In this document: piece by piece, positions 38,558 through 47,802 of the stretch
Layout of the letters: the number at the start of each line of letters is the position of its first letter
Numbering within the stretch: position 1 is the first letter of the stretch
Assembly (NCBI GenBank): GCA_946631995.1
Contig: CAMPAQ010000017.1
Coordinates: 16,306-80,305 of the forward strand
Direction of reading: 5' to 3'
Length of the DNA stretch: 64,000 bases
Origin: an uncultured Bacteroidales bacterium
Lineage (GTDB): Bacteria; Bacteroidota; Bacteroidia; Bacteroidales; UBA3663
Program-made: the position numbers and the translations under genes
Notes under the pieces: model-generated
What the model was told of the DNA's origin: nothing
The model's input: the letters and a program-made list of their open reading frames with translations, nothing else
Database searches by the model: none

Positions 38558-39445
38558 ATGCTCGAATATCTCTGCACATCGCGCGCAAACGGCGTAACCA
38601 AGAACGGCTCACCCTATTGCAACCTGAAGTGTGCCAACCTCGACGAAGTGGTCAACGTAGCTGTATGGGATTGTGCACCCGATGCCGGTCCTGTGCCAGG
38701 CCAAGTTGTCCGATTCCACACCATCCAAGACCGCGACGGCAAAAAATCGGCCAACGTCCGCGACATGACAACGGGGCCGGAAGTGACCGAAGGCCATCCA
38801 TACTATCGCCTCATGCCACACCCTATCAAGCGCGAAGACTGGAATGCGTCAATCCGCCAACTCATCACGTTCTGCACCAATCCGCGACTGATAAAAATCA
38901 TCGAGGAATTCGGGTCGAAACTGTATGATCCATACTCGAAATATCCTGCTGCATCGGGCATGCACCACGCCTTTCAGGGCGGCCTGCTGAACCACACCTA
39001 CCAGATGCTGCATATGCTCGAAGGACTTATCCCAGTGCTGCCCTACCCCATCAAGGCCGAGCGTTGCGTGCTGGCAATCATGTTCCACGACTACGGCAAA
39101 CTGAAGGAATACAACCGCGACGGCAGCACACAGGAGGACATGTACCTGCTCGGACACATCTACATTTCGGCCCACACATTGCAAAACGTGCTCGAAAAGG
39201 AATTTGAAGAGGTGCCTGGCGATGCGAAATCCATCAAGCCCGAAAACGCCGAAGAAATCAAACGCATCATCCATTGTGTGTTGGCCCACCACGGCGAACG
39301 GGAATATGGTTCGCCCGTCGTTCCCTGTATGCAAGAGGCCGTCATCGTGACCTATCTGGACAACCTGTCGGCCAAGGCTGAAAACATCAACGAAACGGGC
39401 AACATGGAACAGTCATATTGCCTCGGCACCCACATCGTAAAGTGA
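38558..39445 (+). CDS. HD-domain phosphohydrolase (YhaM-like OB-fold plus HD architecture)
   Basis: HD motif MFHDYGK...H...D preceded by an OB-like N-terminal region; 295 aa. Confidence 0.55.
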   Translation: MLEYLCTSRANGVTKNGSPYCNLKCANLDEVVNVAVWDCAPDAGPVPGQVVRFHTIQDRDGKKSANVRDMTTGPEVTEGHPYYRLMPHPIKREDWNASIRQLITFCTNPRLIKIIEEFGSKLYDPYSKYPAASGMHHAFQGGLLNHTYQMLHMLEGLIPVLPYPIKAERCVLAIMFHDYGKLKEYNRDGSTQEDMYLLGHIYISAHTLQNVLEKEFEEVPGDAKSIKPENAEEIKRIIHCVLAHHGEREYGSPVVPCMQEAVIVTYLDNLSAKAENINETGNMEQSYCLGTHIVK

Positions 39446-39457
39446 CCCGCATCGGCC

Positions 39458-39503
39458 AAAAACGAAAAAACTCCGAACAGAATTGCCTGTCCGGAGTTTT
39501 TTA
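39458..39503. terminator. bidirectional terminator between the HD-domain gene (+) and glmS (-)
   Basis: A-run, CTCCGAACAG...CTGTCCGGAG stem (1 mismatch), TTTTTT. Confidence 0.6.
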
Positions 39504-39522
39504 TGTCCGATTTTGACCGATG

Positions 39523-41409
39523 TCACTCAACCGTCACTGACTTCGCCAGATTGCGCGGCTGATCGACGTTCAAGCCACGGGCGACAGCCACATGGTATGA
39601 CAGAATCTGCAACGGAATGACCGAGACGAGCGGCGACAGGCACGAAATCGTCTCAGGCACCTCGATGTAGTTCTGCACCATCTTCTTGACCGTTTCATCG
39701 TCCTTGTGGATGATGGCCAGAATATTGCCGTGACGGCTGATTACCTCCTGCAAATTGCTGATAACCTTCTGATAGCGAGCATGATGGTTCGTCAGGAAGA
39801 CGACAGGCATATTCTCGTCGATCAAGGCAATCGGACCGTGTTTCATCTCGGCGGCCGGATAGCCCTCTGCGTGAATGTAGGAGATTTCCTTCAACTTCAG
39901 CGCACCTTCGAGCGCAACCGGATAGTTGTAGCCTCGACCCAAATAGAGGAAGTTGCGGCAATTGACATACTGCTGGGCGATTTCCTTGATCTTGTCGTTC
40001 TGCTTGAGCACGACCTCGATTTTCTCCGGAATCTTTACCAGCTCGGCCAAAACATCCTGATATTCCTGTTGATCGACAGTTCCCTTCATCATGCCCAAAG
40101 CCAGCGAGAACAGCGTCAGCACCGTGACCTGACCCGTGAAAGCCTTGGTCGATGCCACACCGATTTCCGGGCCGACGTGGATGTAGGTGCCGGTGTCGGT
40201 GTTGCGCGCGATGCTCGATCCGACGGCGTTGACGATGCCATAGACGAACGCTCCCTTCTCCTTGGCCAACTGGATTGCGGCCAACGTATCGGCCGTCTCA
40301 CCGCTCTGGCTGATGGCAATCACGACATCGTCCTTATCGACCACAGGGTCAGAATAGCGGAACTCCGACGCATAGGCCACCTCGACCGGAATGCGGCAGA
40401 AGTGCTCAATCAGCTGCTTGCCGATGAGCCCCGCATGCCACGACGTGCCGCAACTTACGATGACGATGCGACGTGCACGCAACAGTTCGCGGCGATGGTT
40501 GCTCACAGCCGACAGCACAACATCGAGCGACACCTCATGCGCCTGACCTGTCACCGACGAATAGATATTGTTGACGATGCGGCCGCGCATACAGTCGCGT
40601 AGCACCTGCGGCTGGTCGAAAATCTCCTTGAGCATGAAGTGCGGATAGCCGCCCTTGTCGAGCATCGAAAGGTCAACATCGACCTCCTTCACCTCGGCCG
40701 TAGCCTCCTCACCTTGCAGCGTGAAGACATGCAAGTCCTTGCCACGCTCGATGACGGCCACCTCGTCGTCGTTCAGATAAACGATCTGCTTCGTGTATTC
40801 AGCGATTGGGCTTGCGTCCGATGCGAGGAAAAATTCCTTGTTCTCTTCTCCGATGCCGATGGCCAACGGCGATGCCTTGCGAGCTGCAACCAGACGCGTC
40901 GGGTTCTTCTTGTCAATCACGGCGATGGCGTATGCACCGATGGCCAACTTCAAGGCATAGCGCACAGCCACCTCCAACGAGCAGTTGCGCAGTTTCTGCT
41001 GGAATTCAATCAACTGCACGAGCACCTCCGTATCGGTCTGGCTCTTGAAGACGTAGCCGCGCTTCTCCAACTGAGTCCGCAAAGTCACGTAGTTCTCGAT
41101 GATTCCGTTGTGAACCAACGTAATGTCGCCACTCATCGACACATGCGGATGCGCATTGGTCGTGCTTGGTGCGCCGTGCGTTGCCCAACGTGTATGTGCG
41201 ATACCTAATTCGCCCGAAACGTCCTTGCCGTCGGCAGCAGCCTCGAGGTCGGCGACCTTTCCTTTCGCCTTGTAAATCTCCAGATTGCCCCCGTCGGTCA
41301 CCAAAGCACAGCCAGCGCTGTCGTAACCGCGATATTCCAAACGATGAAGTCCCTTAATCAGAATCGGATAAGCCTTGCGATAGCCGATATAACCTACTAT
41401 TCCACACAT
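39523..41409 (-). CDS. glmS: glutamine--fructose-6-phosphate aminotransferase
   Basis: MCGIVGYIG N-terminal nucleophile; two SIS domains; 628 aa ending ...VE. Confidence 0.92.
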   Translation of the reverse strand: MCGIVGYIGYRKAYPILIKGLHRLEYRGYDSAGCALVTDGGNLEIYKAKGKVADLEAAADGKDVSGELGIAHTRWATHGAPSTTNAHPHVSMSGDITLVHNGIIENYVTLRTQLEKRGYVFKSQTDTEVLVQLIEFQQKLRNCSLEVAVRYALKLAIGAYAIAVIDKKNPTRLVAARKASPLAIGIGEENKEFFLASDASPIAEYTKQIVYLNDDEVAVIERGKDLHVFTLQGEEATAEVKEVDVDLSMLDKGGYPHFMLKEIFDQPQVLRDCMRGRIVNNIYSSVTGQAHEVSLDVVLSAVSNHRRELLRARRIVIVSCGTSWHAGLIGKQLIEHFCRIPVEVAYASEFRYSDPVVDKDDVVIAISQSGETADTLAAIQLAKEKGAFVYGIVNAVGSSIARNTDTGTYIHVGPEIGVASTKAFTGQVTVLTLFSLALGMMKGTVDQQEYQDVLAELVKIPEKIEVVLKQNDKIKEIAQQYVNCRNFLYLGRGYNYPVALEGALKLKEISYIHAEGYPAAEMKHGPIALIDENMPVVFLTNHHARYQKVISNLQEVISRHGNILAIIHKDDETVKKMVQNYIEVPETISCLSPLVSVIPLQILSYHVAVARGLNVDQPRNLAKSVTVE

Positions 41410-41433
41410 AGATTTTGTAGTTAATAAATTGTT

Positions 41434-42948
41434 TTACTGTAGTTTTTTCAAAAATTGTTCAAGCACCTGTTCGTCCACATCGCCCAACTCGAATTCCTTG
41501 CGGGCATCGAGCGCGACGAACGAGTACCATTCCTTTTTGGCTTCGGCATCGAACTCGACAGGTGCATCATTGCGCAAAAAAATGTCGCGTAGCGCATCGT
41601 TCAACCCGGCCAATGAAGCGATTTTGCCCGATTTGACAGCCTCGACCAATGCCTTTTCGTCGGCCAACGGAAGCAACATTCCGCCAAGGTCGCTCCAAGG
41701 CTCTGTCGGCGCAGGATTGCCGGCCAGACGCAATGCCAAGTCGTAAATCTTGATGCCAGTCATCAACGAATGACGGCGGATGCGGCAACCATGATAGCGG
41801 TAAGTCTCCGTGTCGGGATGGCCGTTCAGAAGTGCCTCCAAGTCCTCCTTGCCCTGTCGGATGGCCTGCAACGTGTATGGCGACAACCACTGGTGGCTGA
41901 TGAGCGACGGACGGTCGTCAAGCGGCCGCTTGTCGCGCTTCGGCCACTTCTCCACATCGCGGAACAGGCCGACGGTAAGCATCGCACGCGCCGGAATCAG
42001 CATTGTCTCATCGCCCGAAGCAATAAGGTAGCTGAACGGCATACGCCGCGTGTCGGGATGCGTCTGAATCTTGCCCATGCACATCGAGAACGGGCCGATT
42101 TGTGCCGGCAGGAGCAGGTGTCCGCCCGATGCCGTCTTGCTGCCACGCTGCAACGTGCCGTAGTGCAACGGTCCCATCTTGTAGGCGTGGTTGGAGAAGT
42201 TGGTTGCCGAGCCTGCATTGTAAAACGACACCTCAACTCCGATGATCAGCGAACCCTTGTGATGGCTTGCCGAGAATGGACCGCAGAAGGCTGCGCAGGC
42301 TTCGCCGTTGGCCACAAAAGTGTTGGCAAAAAACAGACTGTGTTCGGCCATGAAACCATTGGTCACGGTGCTCGACTCAGTCACGTAGCAACCCTCCAGA
42401 ATGACGTTTTCGCCGATGTGGCAGTAGTTGCCGACGTGCGTGTTGACCAGCTTTCCGGCACCGCTGATGCAGGTGTTGTGGCCGATGGTGACCATCCGTG
42501 CATCGTAGCCCTCGACCTGTCGGAAAAGGGCACGTAGCCGCTCGGTGAAGGTCTCGTCGCTCGCGTAGCGAATCTGCATTGCGGCCAACTGCGACGTCAA
42601 CTGCGGACTGAGCAGCACATTGCCGTCGCCTGCCTCGTTAAGCACTGGGATAACCAAGTCTTCGCCGTCGGCCACAGTGCAGGCAATCAAAGTGGTGTCT
42701 TCAACAAGGCTGTCGTTGCCGATTCTGACGTTGCTCAACGTCACATTGCGCAGGCCGCAGGGACGCTTGAAGCCATCGACGACCTCAATCTGTCCGGCAT
42801 TGCTGCCCAACTCGATTCGGCCACAAAAATTGACGCCTCGCACGCGGCGGGCGTCGAACGGGTCGGTCACCTGTATCTGCTGCCAATCGTCGGCGAAACA
42901 GCCATTGGCCGAGAGAATTTCAATTTCCTGGGAAGTCAGTGTTCGCAT
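41434..42948 (-). CDS. DUF4954-family protein (hexapeptide/left-handed beta-helix-like) co-transcribed with glmS
   Basis: 504 aa with no assignable catalytic motif. Same strand as glmS with 24-nt spacing; this family is commonly glmS-adjacent in Bacteroidales (from memory). Confidence 0.6.
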   Translation of the reverse strand: MRTLTSQEIEILSANGCFADDWQQIQVTDPFDARRVRGVNFCGRIELGSNAGQIEVVDGFKRPCGLRNVTLSNVRIGNDSLVEDTTLIACTVADGEDLVIPVLNEAGDGNVLLSPQLTSQLAAMQIRYASDETFTERLRALFRQVEGYDARMVTIGHNTCISGAGKLVNTHVGNYCHIGENVILEGCYVTESSTVTNGFMAEHSLFFANTFVANGEACAAFCGPFSASHHKGSLIIGVEVSFYNAGSATNFSNHAYKMGPLHYGTLQRGSKTASGGHLLLPAQIGPFSMCMGKIQTHPDTRRMPFSYLIASGDETMLIPARAMLTVGLFRDVEKWPKRDKRPLDDRPSLISHQWLSPYTLQAIRQGKEDLEALLNGHPDTETYRYHGCRIRRHSLMTGIKIYDLALRLAGNPAPTEPWSDLGGMLLPLADEKALVEAVKSGKIASLAGLNDALRDIFLRNDAPVEFDAEAKKEWYSFVALDARKEFELGDVDEQVLEQFLKKLQ

Positions 42949-43004
42949 ATTTCTTTTTTGGGATTTACATTTTCACGCGCAAATTTGCTCCATTTTCGCG
43001 AATA

Positions 43005-43048
43005 AATAAAAAAAATGCTCATTTATTTTAAAACGAGCATTCTTTTTT
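43005..43048. terminator. bidirectional terminator downstream of the VanZ-family gene
   Basis: AAAAAAAATGCTC...GAGCATTCTTTTTT. Confidence 0.55.
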
Positions 43049-43051
43049 CCA

Positions 43052-43432
43052 TCAAATCACTGTTTTCTTTCGCAAAATGACGAACAGAAGCCATACAATC
43101 ACGACGCCGAGCGTGTTTGCCGCCATGTCCCACCAGTCGCCGTGCCGGCACGTCGTCGCATAGGACTGGAGCAGCTCGATGATGCCGCTCATGACGATGG
43201 GCAGCACGAACGCGCCGACAAAACAGTGTTTCATGTCAATCGGACGCGCCTTCCGCTGACGCAGCCGTTCGACCCAAATCACCAGACACAGGAAAGCGTA
43301 GAATGCTGTATGCACAAGCTTGTCGATTCCTGGCACGTCGTCAACAGGCGTCTCGGGAATCGGTGTCAGACAAATATAAAAAATGATCAAGACGAGGGTC
43401 CAAGTCAGCGGATATTTGGTGAAATAACGCAT
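43052..43432 (-). CDS. VanZ-family membrane protein
   Basis: ORF 43052..43492 trimmed to MRYFTKYPLTW. 3-4 TM helices and a VanZ-like size. Start chosen so that a TATATTCG -7-like box lies upstream. Confidence 0.6.
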   Translation of the reverse strand: MRYFTKYPLTWTLVLIIFYICLTPIPETPVDDVPGIDKLVHTAFYAFLCLVIWVERLRQRKARPIDMKHCFVGAFVLPIVMSGIIELLQSYATTCRHGDWWDMAANTLGVVIVWLLFVILRKKTVI

Positions 43433-43523
43433 ACGTATCGATTTTGCGCGGCGAATATAGTTCATTTCCGACGAATGTGCAAAAAAGCCCATTCCTTTTT
43501 TTCGACCGACGAATTTTATTCAC

Positions 43524-43531
43524 TATCTTTG
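43524..43531 (+). promoter_or_regulatory. candidate speA promoter -7 box TATCTTTG (gives a ~180-nt 5' UTR)
   Basis: Consensus match at 43524-43531; speA ATG at 43717. Confidence 0.45.
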
Positions 43532-43716
43532 CCGCCGCAAAACGGGATTATTGAGCCTTTTTTGCCGTCTCCGCTAAGGGTTGCGGGGCCGATTGTTGAA
43601 TGAAGATGAGGTTTGTGGCCGATGAAGCTGCGCCCGAATGAAGTCCGGAGGTGGGCAACAGCAAGCGCCGTGGAACTGCAGAAACCGAGTTTTCGATAAT
43701 ATCTTAAAATTCAAAA

Positions 43717-45615
43717 ATGAAGAAATGGCATATTGAGGACTCTGCCGAGCTCTACAATATTCATGGATGGGGCGTGAACTACTTCGACATCAACGAGAAA
43801 GGTCACGTAGTGGTCACCCCGAAGAAAGATGGTGTGCAGATTGACCTGCGCGAAGTGGTGGACGAACTGGCATTGAGAGACATCTCGGCGCCGGTCCTTT
43901 TGCGTTTTCCAGACATCCTGGACAACCGCATCGAGCGGATGAGCCAATGTTTCAAGAAGGCATCGGAGGAATATGGATTCAAGGGAGAATGCCTTGCCGT
44001 CTATCCCATCAAGGTGAACCAGATGCAGCCCGTCGTGAACGAAATGGTGAGCCACGGACGCAAGTTCAACCTCGGCCTTGAAGCCGGTTCGAAGCCGGAA
44101 CTGCACGCCGTGATTGCTGCCTGCACCGACTACGACACCATCATCATCTGCAACGGCTACAAGGACGAAGACTACATCGAACTCGCACTGCTCGCCCAAA
44201 AGATGGGCAAACGCATCTACATCGTTGCCGAAAAACTCAACGAGCTCGAACTGACCTACAAGATTGCCAAGCGACTCAACGTCAAGCCCAACATCGGCAT
44301 CCGCATCAAGCTGGCATCGACCGGCAGCGGCAAGTGGGAAGAGTCGGGCGGCGACGCTTCGAAGTTCGGCCTCACATCGTCGGAACTGCTCGAGGCGCTT
44401 GAATATATGGAGACGCACGACATGAAAGACTGCCTCAAGCTGATCCACTTCCACATCGGCAGCCAGGTGACCAACATCCGCCACGTCAAGACCGCCATCC
44501 GCGAGGCTTCACAATTCTATGTCCAATTGCACAAGATGGGCTTTGCCGTGTCATACGTCGATGCGGGCGGCGGTCTGGGCGTTGACTACGACGGAACCCG
44601 TTCGGCCTCGAACTGCAGCAGCGTCAACTACTCGATTCAGGAGTACGTGAACGACATCATGTACCAGCTCATGGAGGCGGCCGACAAGAACGGTCTGCCG
44701 CACCCGAACATCATCACCGAGAGCGGACGAAGCCTGTCGGCCCACCACACGATGCTCATCATGGAGGTGCTCGAGACCGCTACGTTGCCCGAGATGCCGG
44801 AGGAATGGGTCGTCGGCCCGAACGACCACGAACTGGTCAAGGAACTTTACGAAATCTGGGACAATCTGACTCAGCGCAGCGCCCTTGAAAGCTGGCACGA
44901 CGCACAGCAGATCCGCGACGAGGTGCTCCAGCTGTTCAGCCACGGCATTATCGACCTCAAGACGCGCGCCCAGATTGAGAAACTCTATTGGAGCGTGACG
45001 CGCGAAATCAACAACCTGGTGCAGAACATGAAGCGTGTGCCCGACGAGCTGCATTCGGTCAACAAGCTCTTGGCCGACAAATACTACTGCAACTTCTCGC
45101 TCTTCCAGAGCCTGCCGGACATGTGGAGCATCGACCAGATTTTCCCCATCATGCCGATTCAGCGCCTCGACGAACGTCCCGACCGCAAAGCCACACTTCA
45201 GGACATCACCTGCGACTCGGACGGCAAGGTCGTGAGCTACGTGGCCGAAAACCAAATCTGCAACGCAATGCCTATCCACTCGCTCAAAAAAGGCGAGAAA
45301 TACTATCTCGGCGTGTTCCTGACCGGCGCATATCAGGAGATTTTGGGCGACCTGCACAACCTCTTCGGCGACACCAACGCTGTCCACATCTCGGTCGACG
45401 GCGACAGCTATCACATCGACCAGACCATCGACGGTGAGACTGTGCAGGATGTGCTCCGCTGGGTGGAATACGACACCAAAAAGATGGTCCGCACGCTCGA
45501 AACCTGGGTCACCAAAAATGTCAAGTCCGGCAGAATCTCGCTCGACGAGGGCAAGGAATTCCTCACCAACTACCGCAACGGCCTCTACGGATATACGTAT
45601 CTGGAGCGGGAATAA
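43717..45615 (+). CDS. speA: biosynthetic arginine decarboxylase
   Basis: 632 aa; fold-III PLP decarboxylase (YPIKVN, HFHIGSQ, GGGLGVDYDG). Confidence 0.9.
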   Translation: MKKWHIEDSAELYNIHGWGVNYFDINEKGHVVVTPKKDGVQIDLREVVDELALRDISAPVLLRFPDILDNRIERMSQCFKKASEEYGFKGECLAVYPIKVNQMQPVVNEMVSHGRKFNLGLEAGSKPELHAVIAACTDYDTIIICNGYKDEDYIELALLAQKMGKRIYIVAEKLNELELTYKIAKRLNVKPNIGIRIKLASTGSGKWEESGGDASKFGLTSSELLEALEYMETHDMKDCLKLIHFHIGSQVTNIRHVKTAIREASQFYVQLHKMGFAVSYVDAGGGLGVDYDGTRSASNCSSVNYSIQEYVNDIMYQLMEAADKNGLPHPNIITESGRSLSAHHTMLIMEVLETATLPEMPEEWVVGPNDHELVKELYEIWDNLTQRSALESWHDAQQIRDEVLQLFSHGIIDLKTRAQIEKLYWSVTREINNLVQNMKRVPDELHSVNKLLADKYYCNFSLFQSLPDMWSIDQIFPIMPIQRLDERPDRKATLQDITCDSDGKVVSYVAENQICNAMPIHSLKKGEKYYLGVFLTGAYQEILGDLHNLFGDTNAVHISVDGDSYHIDQTIDGETVQDVLRWVEYDTKKMVRTLETWVTKNVKSGRISLDEGKEFLTNYRNGLYGYTYLERE

Positions 45616-45637
45616 AGAACGCTTTAATAATCAGAAA

Positions 45638-46318
45638 ATGAAAAAGGTCATTCTTTCTCTGTTTCTGCTTTGGCCGATGATTGCCATTGGCCAGAACACA
45701 GTTGATTCTACTACTTTCAAGAGCGGTTTTTCCAAGTTCCTGATAATAGAGAACGGCATGTTCAACGTCAGGTCTGTCTTCTTTTCCAAGTCGACGAACA
45801 ACACGAGCCAGGAAGTCTTCACATCGGTCAAAATCAATCTCGGTGAAGAGAAAAACGACTATCAATATTGTTTTTCCTCTTCACAAATCGGTGAAGGAAA
45901 ATTGTTGTCTCAGACTTCAACGAAAGTCAGCCTTGACTACGATGAATTGGTCAAGATAAACGGCGCAATCGAGGAACTAATGTCTGAATTCCAAGCGGAC
46001 CTTATCGAATGCAAGCAGATGCAATCTGATGGAAGGACAACGGCTCGGCGAACACGACCTCAAACTCCAGCCGATTCCGTCGAAAACACATTGTATCTTG
46101 AAAATGAGTTCGTTTCTGACAACGGATTCACCATCGGATATATCATCACCAGTTCCGATTACACATGGTTCTACCACTTCAAACGCAAAGAGTCGAATCG
46201 GGCATACCTTTATTCGATGGACAGCAATTCCTATATAAAAGAAATCGAACCATTGGCCAACGACTTCAAAAAGGCACAAAAACGCATAGAACAACTCAAA
46301 ATAAAATACGGCAAATAA
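45638..46318 (+). CDS. secreted hypothetical protein (noticeably lower GC than flanking genes)
   Basis: ORF 45434..46318 trimmed to MKKVILSLFLLWPMIAIGQ signal peptide. AT-rich codon usage compared with speA and the dehydrogenase gene. Confidence 0.55.
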   Translation: MKKVILSLFLLWPMIAIGQNTVDSTTFKSGFSKFLIIENGMFNVRSVFFSKSTNNTSQEVFTSVKINLGEEKNDYQYCFSSSQIGEGKLLSQTSTKVSLDYDELVKINGAIEELMSEFQADLIECKQMQSDGRTTARRTRPQTPADSVENTLYLENEFVSDNGFTIGYIITSSDYTWFYHFKRKESNRAYLYSMDSNSYIKEIEPLANDFKKAQKRIEQLKIKYGK

Positions 46319-46337
46319 AACTAAATCAACAGAATAA

Positions 46338-47591
46338 ATGGCAAGAATCTTACTCATCGGTTGCGGCGGCGTAGGCACCGTAGCAGCCCACAAGTTGGCC
46401 CAGAACGCCGACATCTTCACCGACATCTGCATCGCAAGCCGCACCAAATCGAAGTGCGACGCAACGGCCGATGCCATCCGCAAACGTCTCTACACCAAGA
46501 ACGGCAAGAGCGCCAACATCACCACAGCCAGCGTCGATGCTGACGACGTTCCGGCATTGGTCAAGTTGATGAAGGAGTTCAAGCCCGACCTGTGCATGAA
46601 CCTCGCCCTGCCCTATCAGGACCTCACCATCATGGATGCCTGTCTGGAGGCCGGCGTGAACTACCTCGACACCGCCAACTACGAGCCGAAAGATGAGGCT
46701 CACTTCGAATACAGCTGGCAGTGGGCCTACCGCGAGCGTTTCGAGAAGGCCGGCCTCTGCGCCATCCTCGGCTGCGGTTTCGACCCAGGTGTGACGAGCG
46801 TCTTCACGGCATACGCTGCCAAGCATCACTTCAAGGAGGTCCAGTACCTCGACATCGTCGATTGCAATGCAGGCAACCACCACAAGGCATTTGCCACCAA
46901 CTTCAACCCCGAAATCAACATCCGCGAGATTACGCAGAAGGGTCTCTACTACGAGAATGGCAAATACATCGAGACCGAGCCTATGGAGATTCACAAGCCT
47001 CTCACCTATCCAGGCATCGGCCCCAAAGAGAGCTACCTGCTGCACCACGAGGAGATTGAGTCGCTGGTCATCAACTATCCGACCATCAAGCGCGCCCGCT
47101 TCTGGATGACCTTCGGCCAACAGTATCTGAACTACCTCGACGTGATTCAGAACATCGGCATGGCTCGCATCGACGAAATCGAATACAAGGCTCCGAAGGC
47201 CGACGGCACAGGCGAGACCGTTGTCAAGATTGTACCGTTGCAGTTCCTCAAGGCCGTGTTGCCCAATCCGAAAGACCTCGGCGAGAACTACGAGGGCCAG
47301 ACCTCAATCGGCTGCCGTATCCGTGGCATCGGCAACGACGGCAAGGAGCACACCTACTACGTCTATAACAACTGCTCTCACCGCGATGCCTACCTCGAGA
47401 CCGGTATGCAGGGCGTAAGCTACACGACGGGCGTTCCGGCCATGATTGGCGCGATGATGTTCGTCACAGGCAAGTGGAACAAGGCCGGCGTCCACAACGT
47501 CGAGGAGTTCGACCCAGATCCATTCATGGAGCAGCTCAACACGCAGGGTCTGCCGTGGCACGAGATTCACGACGGCGACCTGGAGCTGTAA
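46338..47591 (+). CDS. carboxynorspermidine/carboxyspermidine dehydrogenase (saccharopine dehydrogenase family)
   Basis: MARILLIGCGGVGTVAAHKL Rossmann N-terminus; 417 aa; linked to speA. Confidence 0.8.
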   Translation: MARILLIGCGGVGTVAAHKLAQNADIFTDICIASRTKSKCDATADAIRKRLYTKNGKSANITTASVDADDVPALVKLMKEFKPDLCMNLALPYQDLTIMDACLEAGVNYLDTANYEPKDEAHFEYSWQWAYRERFEKAGLCAILGCGFDPGVTSVFTAYAAKHHFKEVQYLDIVDCNAGNHHKAFATNFNPEINIREITQKGLYYENGKYIETEPMEIHKPLTYPGIGPKESYLLHHEEIESLVINYPTIKRARFWMTFGQQYLNYLDVIQNIGMARIDEIEYKAPKADGTGETVVKIVPLQFLKAVLPNPKDLGENYEGQTSIGCRIRGIGNDGKEHTYYVYNNCSHRDAYLETGMQGVSYTTGVPAMIGAMMFVTGKWNKAGVHNVEEFDPDPFMEQLNTQGLPWHEIHDGDLEL

Positions 47592-47604
47592 ACATCAGGC
47601 ATAA

Positions 47605-47657
47605 CACAAAAAAGCAGGAGGCAAACACGACATTATGCGTTTGCCTCCTGTTGTATT
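47605..47657 (+). terminator. terminator after the carboxynorspermidine dehydrogenase gene
   Basis: AGGAGGCAAAC-ACGACATTATGC-GTTTGCCTCCT 11-bp stem followed by GTTGTATT. Confidence 0.6.
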
Positions 47658-47675
47658 AATAAGCAGAAAACAACA

Positions 47676-47714
47676 CAAAAAAAGGGATGCGCCACTCAGC
47701 GTATCCCCCTTTTA
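47676..47714. terminator. second hairpin with A-run and T-run in the same spacer (bidirectional)
   Basis: AAAAAAAGGGATGCG-CCACTCAG-CGTATCCCCCTTTT. Confidence 0.45.
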
Positions 47715-47802
47715 TATCCCTATCAATTAACTGTCTTAAAAACGATGCAAAGATAGGGTCTGACTTTTAATCGACCAAAAACAATCGACAAACAGCACGT
47801 TT

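Noticed and set aside
39523-41500. glmS ribozyme, or other riboswitch upstream of glmS, ilvE or folP
   Set aside because: glmS is preceded on the same strand by the DUF4954 gene with a 24-nt gap and no structured leader. No recognisable riboswitch consensus was seen upstream of ilvE or folP.
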